Of a DNA stretch of 64,000 bases, positions 1 to 13,614 are shown piece by piece (within the stretch, counting starts at the first letter, position 1; the number at the start of each line of letters is the position of its first letter). The stretch is taken from the NCBI RefSeq assembly GCF_001949145.1, contig NW_019091356.1:3640934-3704933 (forward strand), in the 5' to 3' direction. The notes below the pieces were generated by a model, which saw only the letters and a list, made by a program, of their open reading frames with translations, had not been told where the DNA came from and ran no database searches. This DNA is from Acanthaster planci (taxonomy: Eukaryota). Made by a program: the position numbers and the translations under genes.

Positions 1-2292
1 ATGGTTAGGACCTATACGTCATGGGGGGGGAGCACATTGTTAGCAGTGAGATTGTACCGTGAATAAACACTGTACAGTCCGGACCTTCATGCGTCAAACA
101 ATGAAGACACTGAAGTCGCATTCTTTCTAGCCGTTGTAACTTGTACTTTCCTCAAGAGGGCGTACATCACATCTTGCCCGGTCGTGTTTAAAAAACAAAC
201 GAAAAACGAAAACAACACGCTTGAGTAATCAGCCTTGAATGAAGACTATAATCGTGGCTCTGGGGGATTTTATTTTCAAAGGTGCGAATCTCAACAGGGG
301 AAAGAGCTTCCACGAAGCCTGATGACTACAGCTTCCTCTTAAGACTGACAACTGAACCATTTCTCATAGGAAAGTACTTGGCGTATGCTCTGACTGTATA
401 CGAGGCAAGATATGGGACGGAGGGGTACCCCCCTGTCCAATCCCTATACACACTCTGGACTATAGTTACCTAACACATCCCCCGAAGTCTGTAAAGAATT
501 CCTGAGATTCCGATCAAACAATGACTAACACGAAGGCGGGGGGGGGGTTCTCTCCGTGCCATATCTTGCTTCAAATGCCCGACTGTTTTGTAATAAACAA
601 GAAAGAAAGAATTGCTGTCCGGTCAGAGTACACCTGGCGACTACTTCCATCTTGTGATGTTACTATCGCTGTGATTCTCGGAGAAAAATTCGATTATGTA
701 CGAATTCGCTGTATGGTTTTCTATACTTGTAAATGGATGAATGAATTACCAGTATTTTCAATGTCTTTTGTAACATCCAAATTTTACAAAGAGTCAAACA
801 CATCTTTAAAGGCCCACGATTCAACCAAAACGTGTGGAATTTTATCGCTCTGAAAGGTTAATCTCTATTTTAGAAATATTGTTGAGTCGTATTCACTATG
901 CCTTGACCTTTTTTCTCCAGCCGGCCATCTTGCCTCATCGCTGATTATCTGTCGTTTTGTTAATTAATGCGGTTAATCGCTTTTACGCCGTGCCTGCTTA
1001 TCTTACCTATTCTGTTTGTTTTCCGCACGCCGAGCCATCATCGGTGCCAAAATCTTCTGTCGTAAATTGCGGGATCGTTGGCTCCCGCAAACCGCTATCA
1101 AAAAAAGGCACACAGGTCGAAATGACACAGCTTTAAGATAATGAAATAGGTGCTTAGGGACGACATTATGAGGTTTGTTTACCAGATATCGCTGGTTTCG
1201 TTTATTGGACGTTTTTGTCCACCATCGTGTCGCGTAGTTAGGGCTCTAGCCGTCGCGTGCCCGGCACGCGAGTAATTGAAGTCAGTCACTGTTTCAAAGT
1301 CAGAGGTTTTCTTTTTCGTGACACGGGAATTGTGGTCGGGCGTAGTGGTCACGCACTCAAGTTTTAGATAACAGTAATGAACGCATATCGATAAACGGGA
1401 AATGCGTCCGTCGTGCGCAGCACGTTGGCACAAAGGAGTTCAAAAATCAGGGGACGGGATCACAACCTACTCGCCAAGTTGGCCAGAGTGTAGTGACCAC
1501 TTTTGGATGGGGTAGGGGGACAGTGGTTCAAACTGACGCAGAGAACGCATCAAGAGACATTAATGTAGGCACCTTCAGCTTGCCAGTGTCAAGTCACAGT
1601 TGGTTTTTATCCTATACAAGAGACTGCTAAAACTATGGCTGGCCGTTAGTACAAAAGTAAAAGAAAACGCACAGTGTGTACAACATCCCAAGCAGCTATC
1701 AGAAAACCCGAATATACAGGTACTACTAAATACCACATGAAAATACAACCCTCGTGAAAATTAATTTGAACAAAATTGTGGTAAAAATTGAACATTAAGC
1801 AAAAGGGTGATTTTTCTGCAAACTTTGACCGTCCAAAAATTGCAGCCTAGGCAAAACGAGAGTGGTCTATAACATACAGAACAAGCCGTTTGACTGTGGG
1901 AGCGTACGCACGTGTCAGTGTAGGGTTCACATCCAATTATTATGCGCAGGAAACTGAGGCACAAGTATATTCTCCTCAGTTGTGTCGCTCTTCCGTGGGC
2001 GGATCAAAAAAGGTTGGCGTCTAGAGGCAAATTTGCCTTGATGGTAGGGCGCGGTGTGAAAGACGGTAAGGTAAAAGGATGTGGAGAGGCATATCTACCA
2101 ATAAGTATAAACTGAATGCAACGTTGAATGGGCACAGGTGCACAGGTGTCATGATGCAGACAATTAATTAAATAAGCATGACAATCAAAATTCGCGATGG
2201 AAATGACCAAAACCATAAAAGAAATGACACTCAGCGGTAGAAACATATTCACTGGGCGCTATGTATGGCGTTTGCATGGACAACGCCGTTGA

Positions 2293-2630
2293 GGCTTGTA
2301 GCCTGGTCGTTAGGGTTTGTAGCTTCTGATCATAGGGTCAGGGGTTCGAGTCCAGCTGGTGACAGCATGCTGTGACCTTTGGGTAAGTCACTTTACGCCT
2401 TTGTGCTCCACCCAGGAGCAAATAGGCAAGTATGGTTATTATACTTAGCTGTTTGCGCCTGATAGGGCAGCAATCGGGCTAGTAGACTCTCCATGGAGCT
2501 GATACGGTTTCAGGAATATTCAGATGTTGTGCACGAGTCCAAATTGTGCGGGAACAATGGTAATAAATCAGCACCTTTGACTTACAAATATTGTTAGATA
2601 CTGTGTGGGAGTGTGTGCCTTATAAATGCT
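2293..2630 (+). mobile_element. Degenerate tRNA-derived SINE (CORE/Deu-like body)
   Basis: A-box-like TAGCCTGGTCGTTAGG and B-box GGTTCGAGTCC, then TGTGACCTTTGGGTAAGTCACTT and CTCCACCCAGG, which resemble conserved SINE central domains. Confidence 0.55.
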
Positions 2631-5600
2631 TTGATATTAAACTGCAGTTGAGTTTTACAACTGTTTTTACAGAAACAGAAACAAAAACTGTTCTTACAGA
2701 AAGGGAGGGCCATGGAATCAAAATGAAGAATAAGACGAGGGATTAAATGGTCATGAATTAAAATTTATTGATAAAGGCCACCCGGCCCGCAGAAAAATTA
2801 CCATGAATAAAAATAGAATAGATATCTATATGTAAATCATTATCACGCATGCCCTCCGGGGTTTGGCTTTGTTAACTGGCAACACATTAAGAAACAGCAC
2901 CTGCCCGCACAGAGAGATCACAAGTCGACCGCACGTAATAAAAAGGCCGTGCGGGTCTCGACAAACTTCAAAAATGTGGGCACTGCGCGTTGAATGCATA
3001 ATAGTGTTGATTCAGTGGTGATTATTGTCTTGGAAGTTGGCCCTCCCTATCAGCATCTTGTTCAGGTGCCATCCCCCCGGGGGGTGGGGTGGGTGGGGTG
3101 ACGTCAGACCTCAAACCGCCACGCGACCGTTCGAATGGAATCAGATCATCTCAACGTTTATTGCCACTAATCCCGTGTCATGTTATTGCCCGGGCCCGTC
3201 AGAAGCAGCAGCAAGATGCACGGCCGCGCACAAGGCTCCTCCCTCCCGATGACTTCCACCGCCTCGGCCTCGCTAGTATCGAACCGCTATTGCAGTCCAG
3301 CCGCCCCGTCAAAGAATAAAAAAAACGAAGCCAAAGAAAGATATTAATACATTGTCTGAGGAGGAAATATTAATTACAGGGAGGCAGGGAGAATGAGCAG
3401 TGTTGGTCTAGGGTGATGCGCAAACATCACTGGCAGATAAAAGGGGGGAAAATTCAACAAAACAGAGGCCTGGGCGGGTCGGTGCACGTGCAGTGTCATT
3501 TCTATCCTCGTCCATTGATCGGTGGTAGGCCTAATTACCGAGCAAATAATTATATCGCATCGCTAGTTAGGATTCGGGAGCCGCGTTCGTTTTGACGGGC
3601 ACTGCTCCATCGCCGCGCCCGGCAGACAAGCGGTGCCGTGTGACGGCCAGTCTACTGGGGCGCACACATCCCTCGAACTCGTGGAGTTTACATTTGCCTC
3701 ATTCTTCGACAGCAGTCTTTTTTTCATCTTTTGGTTGTTTATTAAACTCTTACACAGTGTATAAGCCCCTTCCGTGTCGTTTCGCAGGCCTCCTCGCAAA
3801 GCAAGACCACGATCCCTGGCCTATTGTTCAAAGCCCGCTCACTATCATAGACACTCGTGATTAACAAGCCGCAATTAATCCTCGAATTATGGAGTTAACC
3901 TCATTGTCCGAGAACAGGCAGCCCTCTTGTCGTACGTTTTTTTCTCCCTGTGCAAATGAACCGGTTGTATGCCTACCTCCGGAAGAATTTCCACCCAGCA
4001 GGGTTATTGTTTTGGAGCACCAAGACAGAAAATTGGACATGCGCGGCCACTTCCCTTCCCGCTCCCTTTCAACTTGCCCCTTTGCTCGTGCCTAGCCTCC
4101 TCTGTTTATGCCGCTTGGCGTGTACGACGGGTCAGCAATTAAGGCTTCAGAATTATTAATAATCAACGATGGTCGGTGGACGGAAAAATACGGGGGAGGC
4201 CGCAGGCCCGGCCACAAAGCAGCACCTAAGTATCCAAGGCAATTTGGCCCACGTGCAGGCCATTTTGTTTTCAATCATTGAGCGGTAATAAATTCGCGCG
4301 CGGAAATAAATTTGCCTTCAAAAGTCAGTCGTCTGCCCCGCGTCGGGCGCGCGGCAGGGCTATATAATTCAATGGATCCCCGACCAATAATCAATACTGA
4401 GCTAGTGACGAGCTCGCCTCGTTCCTTGTGCTAGGGCAGATCTAAGGGGAGGAGGATTCGAGCGAGGGAACTCTTAAAATATTAAAACCAGAAACATATT
4501 GACATGAGTCTCCTGGCCTTTTTTTTGGGGGGGGGGGTGTTTTCACAGTGTCGGGGTATGTGCGGCGTGCGTGCTTGATGCTGTATACCGACGGTCTTTG
4601 TAATAGCGAAGGGTAACTCCCTTCGATACCGTTCTCATTGTTCCGAGCCACACTTTGTTTTAACATCAATTTCTTTGTCGCTCCCCGAAACTTGAATTGA
4701 TTAATTAGACAGTCCGGTCGTCATCTTCGTCTCCAAAACGGGAAGGCCCTGTAGGTGATCCCACAAACAAACAATTAATTTTTCTCTGAACGAGGGCACA
4801 TACGGTACCATATTCAGAATAACGGGCTGGGTTGGGTTAGGAATGAACTTGGCAAACATTTATATCAAGTTTCAATCGCTGCTCTTTAGTGGTAGTGAAT
4901 TCTTACCACAAATGACTCGTATTTTCATTTAATTGTTTCCAGCTCATGCATGGAATTCATGTCTTACAAACAAAACAATCCCGTATTCGCGTCTACTGTG
5001 GTTACCACAGTCGAACTCACTACTTTTGCCCGGATAAAGCCAAAAAAACCCTCATTTTCCTATCATTTCGTTGCAAGGCCCTACCCATTCCAATAAAGAA
5101 CAAGAAAACAGCCTGCGGTATAATTCCGAGCACAAAATGGACCAACTTGCCGAATCATAGATAACAATAGTGACCTCGGGGCAACATAGTATAGAAACAG
5201 TCTGTTAAACCTGTGTGGGTTATGCCAGCCGGCCTAGTCAAAAACGATTAATTGATTCCAGAAAAAGAAATCCGTCTTACATGTACTTTCCTAGAACAGG
5301 ACTGGGAGAGGGGTTAGCCCTAAAAAGCACAATGCCCATACTGTCAGTGCAGGTTATCCGGAATTAATTTCTGTATAACATTCAACAATTGTCCCTGGAG
5401 TTGAATCCGGCCATTACTAACACTGTGCCAACTTTGTAAAGAATAATTTATATTACACATCCGTACTTTGCCATAATGATGAGTCCTCTGTATCAGAAAT
5501 ATACAATTAGGAAATCCGGGTACGTATACGGACCAAAACGACGCTGATATTCAAATTTCTTTCCTGTGGGCTTTATTAATTCAATTTGGTAAAGTCATGT

Positions 5601-7850
5601 ACAATATAGACGTTGACAGGACACCTGTTTTTTTCCTTTCAAAGATTCGAATGAGATTCAAATGATATATTCCAGACTCTACGTGGCGGCGAGCACGTAT
5701 GCGTGTCCGCCCTGCTCATGCACATCTGTGGAAAATACACGGAATTTTTTTTTAATCATTTACAAACCGGAATATTCAGAAAAACAGAAAAACAGAGTCG
5801 GAATTATCGGAATCGATATTGCCACGCATGAGAGAGGAGAAAATGTTTGCGGGAGGGGAATTGTTATTGATTGGATAGTGGAGAGCGGTAAACGGTCGAC
5901 AGGACTCAAAGAACCTCGCAGATGTTGGAGTTCTGGGGCTGATTTGGGGATTCTTTTGTATGTATTTTATTCAAAATCTCCAACTGACGCATGTTGACGA
6001 CATTTCGTTTATTTGACGTACTTAATTTTTTAAAAGGCCGCCCCACATTTTGGAACAGATGATATACTTTGGCAATACGTTAGGGCGGATCCAGAACCAC
6101 TCTTGGGGGGGGGCTCTGTGGGGGCAATTTAGATTTTTTTTCATGTACCCCTTTATGGCCATTCTTAGGGGTGAGGCTACATTTTTCAAAACTTTTTTTT
6201 TAAATGGTAGGATGTCCCAGCTCCACCCTTGGCCAAAAAGGTTGCGATATTTATTAACAACACCAGACGTGACATTGGGCAAAGAATTTCAAGACGAACA
6301 TTCAAGAATGAAACACCGAAAAAAAGGGCAAAAATACGAACCATCAAGAAGATGATGTTGAGTTCTCGGGTGTTCGCATTGGTAAATGATCATCATCCCT
6401 ATGCTTCCGACTAAACTTTACAATTGGAGCAGTGGAACCATTGTTGACACACTCAACATCTGCTCAGCATTTTTGGTTAATTAACTTAACGAAATGCCTG
6501 TATTAAACCTTTAACACAATTTTAACGAACAAGTGACCCCCTTGTGTTACAGGAGCACAGTGTGGGTCTGGAATGCCCTGAATATCTTCAATGCGACAGA
6601 AGGTGGCGCTATACCGGAGGCTTTAGACAATCGATCGTCCGTACCGTGTGTGTATATTTCAGCGATGCACAAAGATCCGTATGGGTAAAGACACATTTTT
6701 TTTAAATCCAACCACGCTAAGAGGAAGGCAGTCATTAGATCTGCCTTCGATTCGCAGATCCTCGCAGAAAGTTGCAGGGGGTGGGGTTGGTTGATCGGCA
6801 GGACCGGCCGACGTTTCCTCCAATGAGGATGTGATGAAAAAGTACGTTCGAGTGCACAGCCAGAACCTTCGGACGTACTGCCATGCATGGCTAGCTAGCT
6901 GGCAGTAATCCACGCGCCTGTGGGAAAGACACTCCTGGGATTTGCAATATATAGGCCTTCCACAGACTGCCATAGCCGGAGCCACGACCTTCGGACGAAG
7001 CCATAACTTCTGACAAAATGAAGAGACGAGGTTGCTCTCTCTGGTGTATTGCAAAGCAAAACGTCACGTGAGATCCGGCCACACATTCACCCAGGCCAGT
7101 CCTCATCTGAGCATCACCTTCATAGAAGTGATCCCAGACGAATAAATATGTTAAGTTTGTTCACTTCTGATGGAGCATGGGCACATGACACAATCGCAGC
7201 TATCCGCTATATAGACCCAATACAGATCCATCTAAATAAAAAAAATCAGGACCACTGGTTTATCAGTCGCTAATCGTGAGTTCCCTTTTCGAACCTCTCA
7301 TTTAAAATTTTTTTTACTGCGATGCGTGTAACAGCTCTGTGAAATCGTCTGTTCGCATCCTTCCTCTAATATCAAGGGCCTTAGAGCACGGTAATGACGG
7401 CCAAACGCCAGCATCTTTTTTTCTACCCAAGCAACTTCGCTTATCCTATAAGCGAAGGTAATCCGATTGAGCTCTGTTTTTCCTTTCAGCAAGAAGCGTC
7501 GACGGTAATCATATTCGGCCGCGGAGATGATCACGGATTAGCGGGCGCTGACTCTAAAGGTGGGCCGAGGATAGCGGCGGGAAGACGGCGTGCTTCCTGA
7601 CTGCCGCACGCTGCGTCGGTGTTTTGTACTTGTGCATCCCTGCCGCGGTGGTTAAACCCTTATTGTGTCTTTCCGTGTGGTTGTGTGTAATGCTTGTAAA
7701 TATTGGGTAATCTCTTTGCGTAGGGTAACTCCAATTACTATGAGTCACCGTTGGCGAATACCGGATTCCTGTATCCTCAGCGGGAGAAGTGAGAAGGAAC
7801 GAAATAATTCTATACTCATTTTGGACCAATGAAAGCTTTGCTGGGGGGGG

Positions 7851-8047
7851 GGGTCTAGCTGGCGTCATGGATATTTCCTCGCTTTCCACCTAGTACCTCT
7901 GCGGTTTGGGTTCGATTCCCGACTTGGTCCATGTGGTTTGAGTTTTCAGTCCCTGCCTTATTCCGTGGGTTTTACCCAGAATATTCCTCTGGGGTTTTCC
8001 TCCCACCTCTAAAACTGTAACTGCTTTTCATTGTCTCCTCTCTACAG
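7851..8047 (+). mobile_element. tRNA-derived SINE with V-domain-like core, copy 1
   Basis: B-box GGTTCGATTCCC followed by GTGGGTTT...GGTTTTCCTCCCAC. It shares about 150 bp with the copy at 42013-42200. Confidence 0.75.
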
Positions 8048-9049
8048 GTGTCTTCAGGCTTGCGAGCTACAGCGCCTAAGGGGCTTTTGAGGAATCCTTG
8101 ATGTTATTACCAGAAATGGTTAATAATTAAAAAAGAAAGAATCTTCACATCTAAGTGCACTCTTGCCAACTTTCTGAAGTTGCGCTGCGCAAGTAACCTG
8201 AAGTCATTGTATCATAGTCATCAGATCATAATTGCAAACTCACATGTCGTACAACTGGAAAGTGGCTGACATCTTCTGCACTGTACCGCACACTAAAACG
8301 CCAACTCTATTTTTGTCTTGGCGGGGGAGCGGGAGATACAATGTCTTTAATCTTGAAGAGATTTCGTTGGATTTTCATTGTCTTTCGGCTATATTTATAG
8401 ATCGTGCCGGTCCTCAGCTTTCGGGAGAACCATAGGTATGCCGCGATACAAGTGAGAAAGTTCTCTGGCTGCAATTCTCACACTCCCCGGACAAAAAAGG
8501 GAAGCATTTGGCTGGACCGATTACACGCTCATATCTCACATGACGCAAATTCATATCACTAACCAAATACTTGATGAAGATATCGCCACTCTAAATCAAG
8601 TAATGATTTGAGCAAATACCCTGGTGTTCATGATTATTATTATTATTATTGTTGTCAACACGACGACGGACAAAACACTCGAGATTTGACAATCGGGTTA
8701 AGTGTCTGTCGAAGGGCTGTGAGGTAATTTTAACCGCATAATCCCTCTGTGAATAAACCGATAATCATTTTTAATTGACAGCTTATCATATTCGAGTGGG
8801 ATACTCGTGCACAGGACAAATTATAAATGCCCAGGCATGTTTAAAACAGGTCGAAAAACTCAATTGCTCTTGTTCAATTTACCCTGCGTACGCCAACAGA
8901 AATTAATAGAACCCCATCGTTGAGGTGGGGATTTATGAACAAATGACAGGGGGGGTTGAACATTCCAACAGTCCTTTCTTTTACACAAAAACGTTTGCAT
9001 CTTGCAATACAACGAAATACACAATGAATTTTGTAAGTGGAAGAATATA

Positions 9050-9218
9050 TGGGCGTTTCACAATAGTGCGCCACCAAGAGTTTGCAACGTGTTGGTCAGT
9101 CAAAATACGTGAAATCTGTCGACCCTTTCCAAACGCGCACTGGGTCGACAGATTTTGCATAATTGTGATTGGCCAACGCGTTGCAAACTCTTGGCGGCGC
9201 ACTGTTGTGAATTGCCCG
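9050..9218. mobile_element. Fold-back MITE (about 170 bp, TA-flanked; Tc1/mariner-like), copy 1
   Basis: Near-complete palindrome, GGGCGTTTCACAATAGTGCGCC...GGCGCACTGTTGTGAATTGCCCG, with TA on both sides. A second copy is at 30631. Confidence 0.85.
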
Positions 9219-9233
9219 TATTCGCCACGTCAC

Positions 9234-9939
9234 ATAGAGCCTGAGAGTAAAAGGTCACGCAGCAAGCTTCCGGAACCCTCGCGCGATCTGCCTATGGGGA
9301 TTTTACACTGGGCCGTCCTATCACGTTCGATAACTTTTTGAAGAATAATTCCTAACCGAAACCACCACTCCCATGTTTGAATTTTACCTCTGTCTTCCTC
9401 AACTAATATTCAGGAAAGTCACCTGAAGATGGGTAAAAAAACGAATTTCACCAACGACCGTTCACGTACGGTGCTATCATACCCAGGTCTCCTTGTTCAT
9501 GCACGTTTGTTCGACTCCCCGTGCTTACGTGAAAACGAGGTTGAAAACCGTTGCAAAGATTTACCTACCTGTAGTCGATGTGTTTCATGTTCCGTTGATT
9601 TGACATAACGCAGTTGTTGTCTACAAAGGTAAAATAAAATATTGAAATCTTTCGAAAAAGTAGCTTATTGCTCAAAAATAAAACAGTTTGTGAAATATTT
9701 TGATTTGTTTTTGTTTCGGCTTTTACCGACAGAATACCAGAAAATTTCAAACCGAAAATGTTCATTCTGCGTATACGAGACTGCTGCATTGGACTGTTGT
9801 TCATGTATTTTAGACTTTCGGAAGTGATGGGTTAATTTTTGGCAGGATATTTCTCTTTTATTTCTCAAATCTTTGCACGTTATTTTTCCTATCCAAGGTT
9901 CCGGAAGCGCGCCGTTAGGGGTCAACTTTCAGGCTCTAT
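9234..9939. mobile_element. Non-autonomous DNA transposon (about 700 bp)
   Basis: Terminal inverted repeats ATAGAGCCTGAGAGT / ACTTTCAGGCTCTAT and subterminal inverted GCTTCCGGAACC / GGTTCCGGAAGC. No clear TSD and no transposase. Confidence 0.6.
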
Positions 9940-12900
9940 TGTAAAGTGCGTCGAAGGCACACAACTTTCCTTTCGTTCATTTGTTAATATTATGTCTATG
10001 ACTTACCATAAATAATACACTCGAAATCTTATTTCTTGGAAAGTTCGGTTTGAAACAAGCGTGCCCGTATTGGCTTGGATGGCGCGGTTCAAAAAAAGGG
10101 GGGCTAACGATTTAAGCTGTTACAGCTAAAGAGGACTAGGCCCTTTCTGAAATATGAAGCTGCCTTTTCTGAGCTTTGTTCCTGAGAGAATCTTCTCTTC
10201 GATGCATTACTCCTGTCCGAGGAGTCTTCTTTCAAAGGTCAAAGGGAACTGAGGGGTATAGTTTTGGGAAAATGGATTTACGAGTCCCGAAAGAAAAGCC
10301 ATTTTATGGGTCTTAGCCGACATTGAGGTGTTGCGGCCGAGGATAATCTCCGTGAGCTGATGTTGGCGACAATGGCGGCCGGCCTATCCCAGACGAAGTT
10401 TAAGAAAACGTTTAGCCACAAAAGCCGTTAAGTAGTCTCTTCTTGGCTTCCATGACTACGCCCCCACCAAAAAAAAGTGACCTCCCATCGATCCCGTACA
10501 AAGCGTATGAACATGCATGCACCGCTTGCTGAGGATCAAAGGGCGAATCGCTAACATAGGAGCTTATGATAGCTAGCTGTGATCCTAGGCCGTTTGGGGA
10601 GCTCGCTTTGCCCTAGGGTGCAGATCCGCACCCCGGTTAAGGTTTAGCCTGGGGCTTTTTGAAGTAAGGGAATTACTTTATTTAAGAACTTGCGGAATGA
10701 GGGTTCAATTTCAACCTGGGCTTTGTGCTTTAGGTAAAGCCGGATGCGAAGGAAACCGAATGAGATCAAGCAACATGAATGGCATGGGATTTCCATCGGA
10801 CGCACAAAGAACAGGAAGACAAGCGCCAAACATAGAGCCATTTTTTCAGCGTTGGATTCCAAAGAAATGCACAACAGATCCACGCACAAAAATGCAAAGC
10901 CGGTTTGGAGATCAAAAATCCATTATCTGTGTCTTCAATACCACTCACACTAATTCAGAAAAAGTGCCTTGACATCAATTCCAGAAAATTTTAACACAAA
11001 ACACTACGATTTGGGGCTCCGGGACATATTGTGGGGACTCATGCAATGAACAACTGGTGGGAACATATTGGTTACATAACATGCACCCTCCTTCATTGAT
11101 GGTGCAGTGTGGAGAGAAAAGGAAAGTAAAAGGACCTAGCACTTTCTTATTAAAAGAAAGAAAGACTTTGATAAACATCAAGCGACAGACCTTAGCCGAG
11201 GAACGAACAAAGACCACGGCCTTTCCGGAAAAAGTGAAATACGTCCAATCTTGTTCTCCTGTCATTCTTATAAAGGAGACACTTGGTTGAGATACCGGTA
11301 CCCGCCTTTATGCACGCTCCACGCAGATATTGCGAGAAAATTCAACCGATTTCAGGAAATCAATGCCATCTTGACTCGGCCAAAGCTCTATCTCCCTGGC
11401 CAATAAACATGGGCGCGGACAAAGGTCTCCTTTTATTAAACCACACGGGCCCTTCAATATCCAACAACTTCGTTTACAACCGACCGAGCCACTCGAGACC
11501 CGTCAAGTGGCCATCCTTACGACCATGAAAAACCCGCTCGGCCCATCGTGCGCTCTCCGGACAAGAAGTCTTTGACGCGATTGTCCGCATGCTTGGTCGC
11601 GCTTTGGAGGACCGTGGCCGTAGCTGCTGGTAGCATCCCTTTCAGCACACCCTGGGCCGCAGTCAAGGGGCAGTGGATGGCAATTAACCGTGGACTGGTC
11701 AGGGATCTTTCAGCGAAGAACACTCGAGATCCTGTCCCGGTCTCTCATTGCAAAACGCAGTGATTAACAATTACGTTCGTAAGCATTGTTGCATCTTAGT
11801 ATCCAACTTTTGAGATTAGGACCGTTTTGCAAAAGTGCTAAAAGCACTGTAATACTGGGGACAGGAACTTATTATCGAGCACTGTGTTTTATCATCGAGC
11901 GTTATTGATAAAAATCTATCAATCAGGTGCGTCAATGTTTGTAAATATGAGAGATAAGAGACTTAAAGGAAGGAGGAGGCGAAACTTGCTGGAAAGCAAG
12001 GGCTTCTGTTGAGAGGTATATGCAGATCATATTCGCCTTTATTTTACATTATGACTTGATGCATCTTGAAAGTTGACAGAAAAATAACGTGTGAACAGAC
12101 TAACATTTTGACGACGAGAATAAGAAACCAATACTGCGCGGCCATACTTTTAGCAAGCGGGTACTCCACGCGCGCAAGACTTGCGCGTGAGACGGTGCTC
12201 GATGGCCCGCAAGAACGGTGCCTCCTCGGATTTGTCTATATATTTTCTGTTGTGGATTTGAAGAGATGGGGGGTGGGGAATATCTGGGTGAGATGCCGGA
12301 GGAGCCGGAGGCTAAAGGTGTGGTGCGCACGGCAATTCTTTCCACGGAATGCTGGGGAGTGAATTTGTCGCTCGGTGAGTCTTGGCCATGGACACGAGAG
12401 GACGCACCGCTGCCCATCAACGGCAGGCGATCGGGACTGGACGCGTCCTTTCAATGCGCTCAGACTGCCATTGTCTCGAAAGGCAGATTCACAGTCAGCC
12501 ACAGTGAACAGCGGAACAAGGCAGATTGTAACCAGCTTGTTTTCCATCTCTGTTTTCTGAGCAGGGGTGGGGGTGGGGTGGGTCGGGGGTACGGGGACAC
12601 TGGCCGTAGCCCGTGCTCCCTTAGTTTAATTTTACACCAATGACTACGCTCTGAGCCATGGGCATGACCAGGATTTTCCTGGGGGGGACAGGCAAATTAT
12701 TTGGGGGAGGGGACAATCAATAGCCCATGGCGTCATTAATGTCGTCAAGGGCCATTAACTACACTTTGTGTTCATGGGCCGTCGACGGTTGTTCAAAAAC
12801 TGGCGCTTGTTGCGCAAATAATCATAATCATTTCTTTGCCCAATGGAGCATGTGCCCTGACAGCTGGCTTCATTACAGCGCAACGCTGTTGTATTATTAA

Positions 12901-13148
12901 CCATGGAGGAAGGATTAACGACTCTAATTCAAAGTGCTCGATGACCATCACCGCCCGGTCAGACGAACAACAGTAGACATTCCAAAAATGCCCGATTTAC
13001 TGCCTGCATCTTATCCGCACAAGTATCCGCACTAGCAATAATTGTGGTGTTTTGTTTGCAATTAACTACAACTTATCGCCATGACAAGGAAGTAGAGAGC
13101 GAAAAATCTCTAAAATTTAGATCTACTTTTGCCACCGTGAATAAACTT

Positions 13149-13614
13149 TTTCAAGGATGGGATTTGCGGCGGGGAGATGAAATTAATTTTTGGCTTTTTT
13201 TTTGCCCTGCCCGAGTTGTATTTTTAACACTGTATGCTCAGTGTATGCCCAGAGGGCTTGTGAAAAAGCCACAAACGTACTCGGAGTGGGACTCGAACCC
13301 ACGGCCTCGTGCTTACTAATGCAGACGTCTTAACCACTCGACCACCGAGCTTGCCGGTGACGGCTGGCTGGTTCGAATCAGATGTAACAGTGGGTACCGC
13401 GAACGATATTTGCCCGGCCCGACGTGTATTTAACACTGTATACTCGGTCGGGCAGGGCAAAAAAATCAAAAATTAATTTCTTCTCACCGGCGCAAATCCA
13501 TCTTTGAAATAGTTGTTTGCGGTACCCGCTGCTGCATTTGATTCGAACCAGCCAACCGACACCGGCAAGTTCGGTGGTCGAGTGGTTAAGACGTCTGCAT
13601 TAGTAAGCACGAGG
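13149..13614. mobile_element. Inverted-repeat element carrying a tRNA-like unit, plus an adjacent inverted partial duplicate
   Basis: IRs of about 65 bp at 13149-13214 and 13448-13509. The segment 13518-13614 is an imperfect reverse complement of about 13305-13401. Confidence 0.7.
13278..13351 (-). pseudogene. tRNA-Thr(AGT)-like sequence (pseudo-tRNA or SINE head)
   Basis: The minus strand reads GCTCGGTGGTCGAGTGGTTAAGAC...TTAGTAA...GTGGGTTCGAGTCCCACTCCGAGTA. The acceptor, D and T arms pair and A/B boxes are present, but the anticodon stem is imperfect. Confidence 0.65.

Noticed and set aside
13278..13351. Functional tRNA-Thr gene
   Set aside because: The anticodon stem is disrupted, no oligo-T terminator run is evident directly after it, and it is embedded in a repeat with a truncated second copy.
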